A stretch of 60,986 bases of DNA from an uncultured Gammaproteobacteria bacterium. Its GTDB lineage: Bacteria > Patescibacteriota > Patescibacteriia > Buchananbacterales > UBA6539. The translations under genes were made by a program, and so were the position numbers. The notes under the pieces were generated by a model. It was not told the origin of the DNA. It worked only from the letters and a program-made list of their open reading frames with translations, and searched no databases. Shown piece by piece: positions 57,506 to 60,986 of the stretch; position 1 is the first letter of the stretch; every line of letters starts with the position of its first letter. Where the stretch lies: positions 1 to 60,986 of the forward strand of contig CAZHUO010000004.1 in the NCBI GenBank assembly GCA_964535715.1, in the 5' to 3' direction.

Positions 57506-58960
57506 TTATTCTAGATTGCCAAGATCTAGATAATCATCAATTCTTATTTCTTTTACAAAATCAGGCATGTGGCTGATTAATATAATCGCCCCCTCATAAT
57601 CATTAATCGCTTTGGCAATAATCGGAATATGGCGGAAGTTTATATGATTAGTCGGCTCGTCCAATACCAGCAATCCCGGCTTCATTAAAACCAATTTAGC
57701 AAAAGATAAAAGGCCTTTTTGACCCTCAGATAAATGAGAAATCTTGCTTCCCATTACTTCTCCGGTAATTAAAAATCCGGCAGCAATTGATCTCATATCT
57801 TGGACGTCAAAACCCTCAATTATGACATTTTTTAAAAAATCAAAAACCGTATCATTAAAATTCAAATTGGTAAAATCCTGACTATAATAACCCACTCTGA
57901 CGCCTTCTTTAATTTTGACACCGTCGCTTTTGCCGCCGACTAATTCCCTAAAAAAAGTAGTTTTGCCTATTCCGTTCGGACCCAAGACAAGCAGCCGGCT
58001 TTTTTTATGCAAAACTTTTTCAACTTTTTTTATAATCGGCTCATGGTCTTTAATGATTTTGACCGAGGAAATTTTGACAATTTCGCCGCCAATATCCTGG
58101 GCAGAAATGGTAAAATTGCGGATTGTTTTGTCTTCCTTTCTGACATCAACAATGTTGTCCTCCATTTCCTTGGTTTCCTCTTTTAATTTTGCCGCCAACC
58201 GGCGCATTTTTCCGCCCTTGTTGGCAAAGAAATTTACTTTTTCTTTTCTGTCAATTATCTTTTTTTCCAGCTGGGCATTTTTTTTAATTTCCCTTTCTAT
58301 CCTTTTTTCAATTTCTTCAACAACCGAATAATAGTCGCCAACATAAGTCTCCAATTTTTTTGTAAAAATATCAAGGTAAATAACGCCATCGGTAAAACAG
58401 TTTAAAAAATCGGCATCATGAGAAATAACAATTACCGTTTTATCATACATCACTAAAAACTGAATCAAATGATCAATTCCTGTTTGATCTAAATTATTCG
58501 TTGGCTCGTCAAGCAATAAAATGTCAGGATCCAAAATTAAGGCCTGTGCCAGCAAAAGCCTGGCTTTTTGGCCACCAGATAAAACGCCGACTTTTCTTTC
58601 GGTTGGAACAGTTAAATTGACTGCATCCATCACCTTGCTGATTTTGCTTTTTATGCCAACTGGCTGCATTTCAAACGCTTTGGAGAAATATTGTTCAATT
58701 GTCAAATCAAAATCTTTTTGGTCAATCACTTGTTTGGCAATGCCCACGGATGCATTATCAGTAATGGAGATATTGCCGCTTTTGGGTTTTAACTTTTTCG
58801 TTATCAAGGCAAACATCGTACTTTTACCGGCGCCGTTTTGACCCATTAACGTTATTTTAGAGCCTTGGCGAACGCTAAAACTAGCCTCTTCAAGCAGGGG
58901 TTTTTTCTCAACATATTCAAATGTCACTTCATTAAAGCGCAAAATTACTTCATTTGCCAT
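57506..58960 (-). CDS. ABC-F family ATPase (two NBDs, no TM domain)
   Basis: Two sets of Walker A (GQNGAGKS, GPNGIGKT), signature (LSGGQ, LSEGQ) and Walker B motifs, joined by a charged linker. Confidence 0.88.
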   Translation of the reverse strand: MANEVILRFNEVTFEYVEKKPLLEEASFSVRQGSKITLMGQNGAGKSTMFALITKKLKPKSGNISITDNASVGIAKQVIDQKDFDLTIEQYFSKAFEMQPVGIKSKISKVMDAVNLTVPTERKVGVLSGGQKARLLLAQALILDPDILLLDEPTNNLDQTGIDHLIQFLVMYDKTVIVISHDADFLNCFTDGVIYLDIFTKKLETYVGDYYSVVEEIEKRIEREIKKNAQLEKKIIDRKEKVNFFANKGGKMRRLAAKLKEETKEMEDNIVDVRKEDKTIRNFTISAQDIGGEIVKISSVKIIKDHEPIIKKVEKVLHKKSRLLVLGPNGIGKTTFFRELVGGKSDGVKIKEGVRVGYYSQDFTNLNFNDTVFDFLKNVIIEGFDVQDMRSIAAGFLITGEVMGSKISHLSEGQKGLLSFAKLVLMKPGLLVLDEPTNHINFRHIPIIAKAINDYEGAIILISHMPDFVKEIRIDDYLDLGNLE

Positions 58961-59053
58961 ATACTCATAATTAATATATACCTAAACTTATCAGGCATTT
59001 ATACCATAGTTTTTTTAAATAGTAAATAGATACTCTCCTACGAATACAAATCT

Positions 59054-59098
59054 TATGAATATACGAATTTGAATGCTAAGTTATTTGTATATTCGTAT
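59054..59098. repeat. tacgaata/attcgta palindromic element (copy 2)
   Basis: tatgaatatacgaat-ttgaatgctaag-ttatttgtatattcgta. The loop and arms match copy 1 at 18035-18078. Confidence 0.7.
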
Positions 59099-59179
59099 AT
59101 TAGTATTTATTCGTATTCGTAGGAATAAAAAAGAACCGCCCAGCACTTGCTAAACGGTGGTTGTTTATTTTAACTCAAA

Positions 59180-60022
59180 TCATTGTGCCGCAAGTTCGGC
59201 CTCAATCTGATTGCGTAATATCTCAGCTTCCCGGGCAGCAGCTTGGGCAAAATCATCTTCTTGCGAAGCATGAATAATTCCGCTTGAAGAATTAACTACA
59301 AACGGATGATTGCCGATATTTTTTATCGTTTCGGCAAGATCACCTCCTTGTTTGCCAATGCCGGGGATCAAATAAGGAACTTCATGGGAAAAATTTCCAT
59401 CAAGGCTGCTAATTTGGCGAGGAAATGTTGCACCGGCAACCAGCCCGACCGTTGCTGTATCCGGTTTTGCCATTGAAGTCACTTTTCTTGCCAGATGCAA
59501 GTAAAGTTTTGTATTTACAGCCGATGACAGTCCGGGAGACACTTCAAGATCCTGAAAATCTCCGGCACCCTTATTGGAAGTATGACAAAGCGCGAATATC
59601 GCTTTTGATGGACCCCAAGCAAGCCATGGCTCCAAAGTATCACATCCAAGGTAGGCGTTCACCGTTGCAGCATCAGCATGATAACGGTCAAAGCATTCCA
59701 TCGCATAAAACTTTGCGGTATTCCCAATATCACCGCGCTTGCCATCCAGAATAACCAATAAACCGTGCCTGTCGTGCGCATAACGGATCAATTCTCTAAG
59801 ATAATCTTCCGCGCCAATACATGCCCAAAAAGCATGGTTTGGCTTGATAATGCAAGCATATTGAGCAACGGCATCCAAAACCCGTTTGGAGAATTCCAAA
59901 TGACCGCGTGGCGTACCTCTTAGACGCTTGGGCATCTTCTCCAAATCAGGATCAAAGCCAATACATAAGTGACTGCACTTTTCTCGTTGCGCTTCCAAAA
60001 GCCGATCGATAAATGTTTCCAT
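59180..60022 (-). CDS. pyrF: orotidine 5'-phosphate decarboxylase, type 2
   Basis: ILDGKRGDIGNTA motif, about 280 aa. Confidence 0.85.
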   Translation of the reverse strand: METFIDRLLEAQREKCSHLCIGFDPDLEKMPKRLRGTPRGHLEFSKRVLDAVAQYACIIKPNHAFWACIGAEDYLRELIRYAHDRHGLLVILDGKRGDIGNTAKFYAMECFDRYHADAATVNAYLGCDTLEPWLAWGPSKAIFALCHTSNKGAGDFQDLEVSPGLSSAVNTKLYLHLARKVTSMAKPDTATVGLVAGATFPRQISSLDGNFSHEVPYLIPGIGKQGGDLAETIKNIGNHPFVVNSSSGIIHASQEDDFAQAAAREAEILRNQIEAELAAQ

Positions 60023-60045
60023 CCTTCAATTCCTTTCTGTTCGGT

Positions 60046-60765
60046 TTATTTATTTGCTTTTTCGGTCAGTTTTGCCCAGCCTTCAGGCGTATTCGGCCGG
60101 ACTGCTCTTGACCCAATTGCACAAAGTGGACAATCTTTTGTCCACGATTTTATCTTATACTGAACCAACGGAAGAATTATAACATCGTCAACTTTAAAAT
60201 CTGTCAGCTGTTCTTCGGTACGGCGATCAACAATCAAAGGCAAAAACGGAATAAAATCAACACCTGGACAGGCCTCATTAAAGCCGTCGCGAACCAGCCG
60301 AAACGTTTTGGCAGTCGTCATCAGCTCTTCTACTTGCAGGACTTTTGTTCCCGGCGGCATCTTCGGGCCGGTATAAGTCTGCCTTTCAATCTTTGCACCA
60401 TCTTTCTCGATAGTGACTTTGTGCATCGGGTAGACTTGGGCATTAAAAAGACTGCCTAAAGCATAAGCCAGATTTAAAGATGCAGTGTCGGAACCGACCA
60501 CAAATTCCACCTTGCCATCATAGTATTCCCGCAATTTTCTCGCCAAAGCATGGGCAAAAACTTTGCATAAGTTTGTACGACAAATTACATTGCGCAAATT
60601 GACAAAACCATTACTACAAGCGCCGGATGTTAGTTTGGCATGCGGGCCGTCTTCTTCATAAAGCCAAAGCGAATCTGCGGCTTTTATTATTGCCGTGACA
60701 TCACCGGCAGAAAGCCGACCCTGCACCATTCGATTTTCAAGCAACAATAAATCTTCAGTACCCAT
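60046..60765 (-). CDS. phosphoribosyltransferase, orotate PRTase-like
   Basis: PRPP-binding loop VLQVEELMTTAKT. Adjacent to pyrF. Confidence 0.6.
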   Translation of the reverse strand: MGTEDLLLLENRMVQGRLSAGDVTAIIKAADSLWLYEEDGPHAKLTSGACSNGFVNLRNVICRTNLCKVFAHALARKLREYYDGKVEFVVGSDTASLNLAYALGSLFNAQVYPMHKVTIEKDGAKIERQTYTGPKMPPGTKVLQVEELMTTAKTFRLVRDGFNEACPGVDFIPFLPLIVDRRTEEQLTDFKVDDVIILPLVQYKIKSWTKDCPLCAIGSRAVRPNTPEGWAKLTEKANK

Positions 60766-60986
60766 CGTCGTGTCTCCTTAAACTGTTTTTCAGACAAAAA
60801 AATTGGAAGGAACAGACCCTCCAGTCTGGAATCAGCTTAACAAAATAAATAAAGCAAGTCAATAATTTAAGCAAGATAAGTTTTAAGTAAGACAAGAGAG
60901 ATAAGTAGCGAAATTATATTTTTAGTACTTATCCGTTATATTCTAAATAGAAATTCGACATAGAATGATATAATTACAAGGTATCA

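Overview
AT-rich bacterial chromosomal window, roughly one-third G+C by eye. Gene content suggests a reduced-genome, CPR/Patescibacteria-like organism; that is an inference from fused tRNA-modification genes, many orphan small genes and characteristic short intergenic repeats. Housekeeping blocks: gyrB; secE-nusG-rplK-rplA; a dTMP/dTTP cluster (dCMP deaminase, P-loop kinase, dut, DUF3160-like protein, thyA, DHFR-like, tmk); gatB; a miaB-miaA fusion; thrS; dnaE; pheST; a Memo/AMMECR1 fusion; an intein-bearing UvrD-like helicase-nuclease; an ABC-F ATPase; pyrF plus a pyrE-like gene. The main finding is at about 21.5-32.6 kb. A tyrosine recombinase is read away from a same-strand array of gene units. 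Each unit ends in a folded imperfect palindrome that starts YAAC and ends ACGTTA, which is an integron-like layout. The recombinase lacks the IntI-specific insertion, and one cassette is a complete 7-kb Type I R-M operon with a fourth gene. Next to it I read a T-box leader (GGGUGGAACCGC core, antiterminator/terminator switch, candidate ACU Thr specifier) upstream of a GNAT-thrS operon, separated from it by an inverted-repeat-bounded GxxExxY element. Other points: a synonymous 42-nt duplicate of the gyrB 3' end flanking a small insertion; a Kunitz plus DUF333 lipoprotein; heptamer tandem repeats in 5' leaders; and G+C-richer islands. I found no rRNA, tRNA or CRISPR array. Coordinates come from the ORF track plus hand reading, and no database search was possible.
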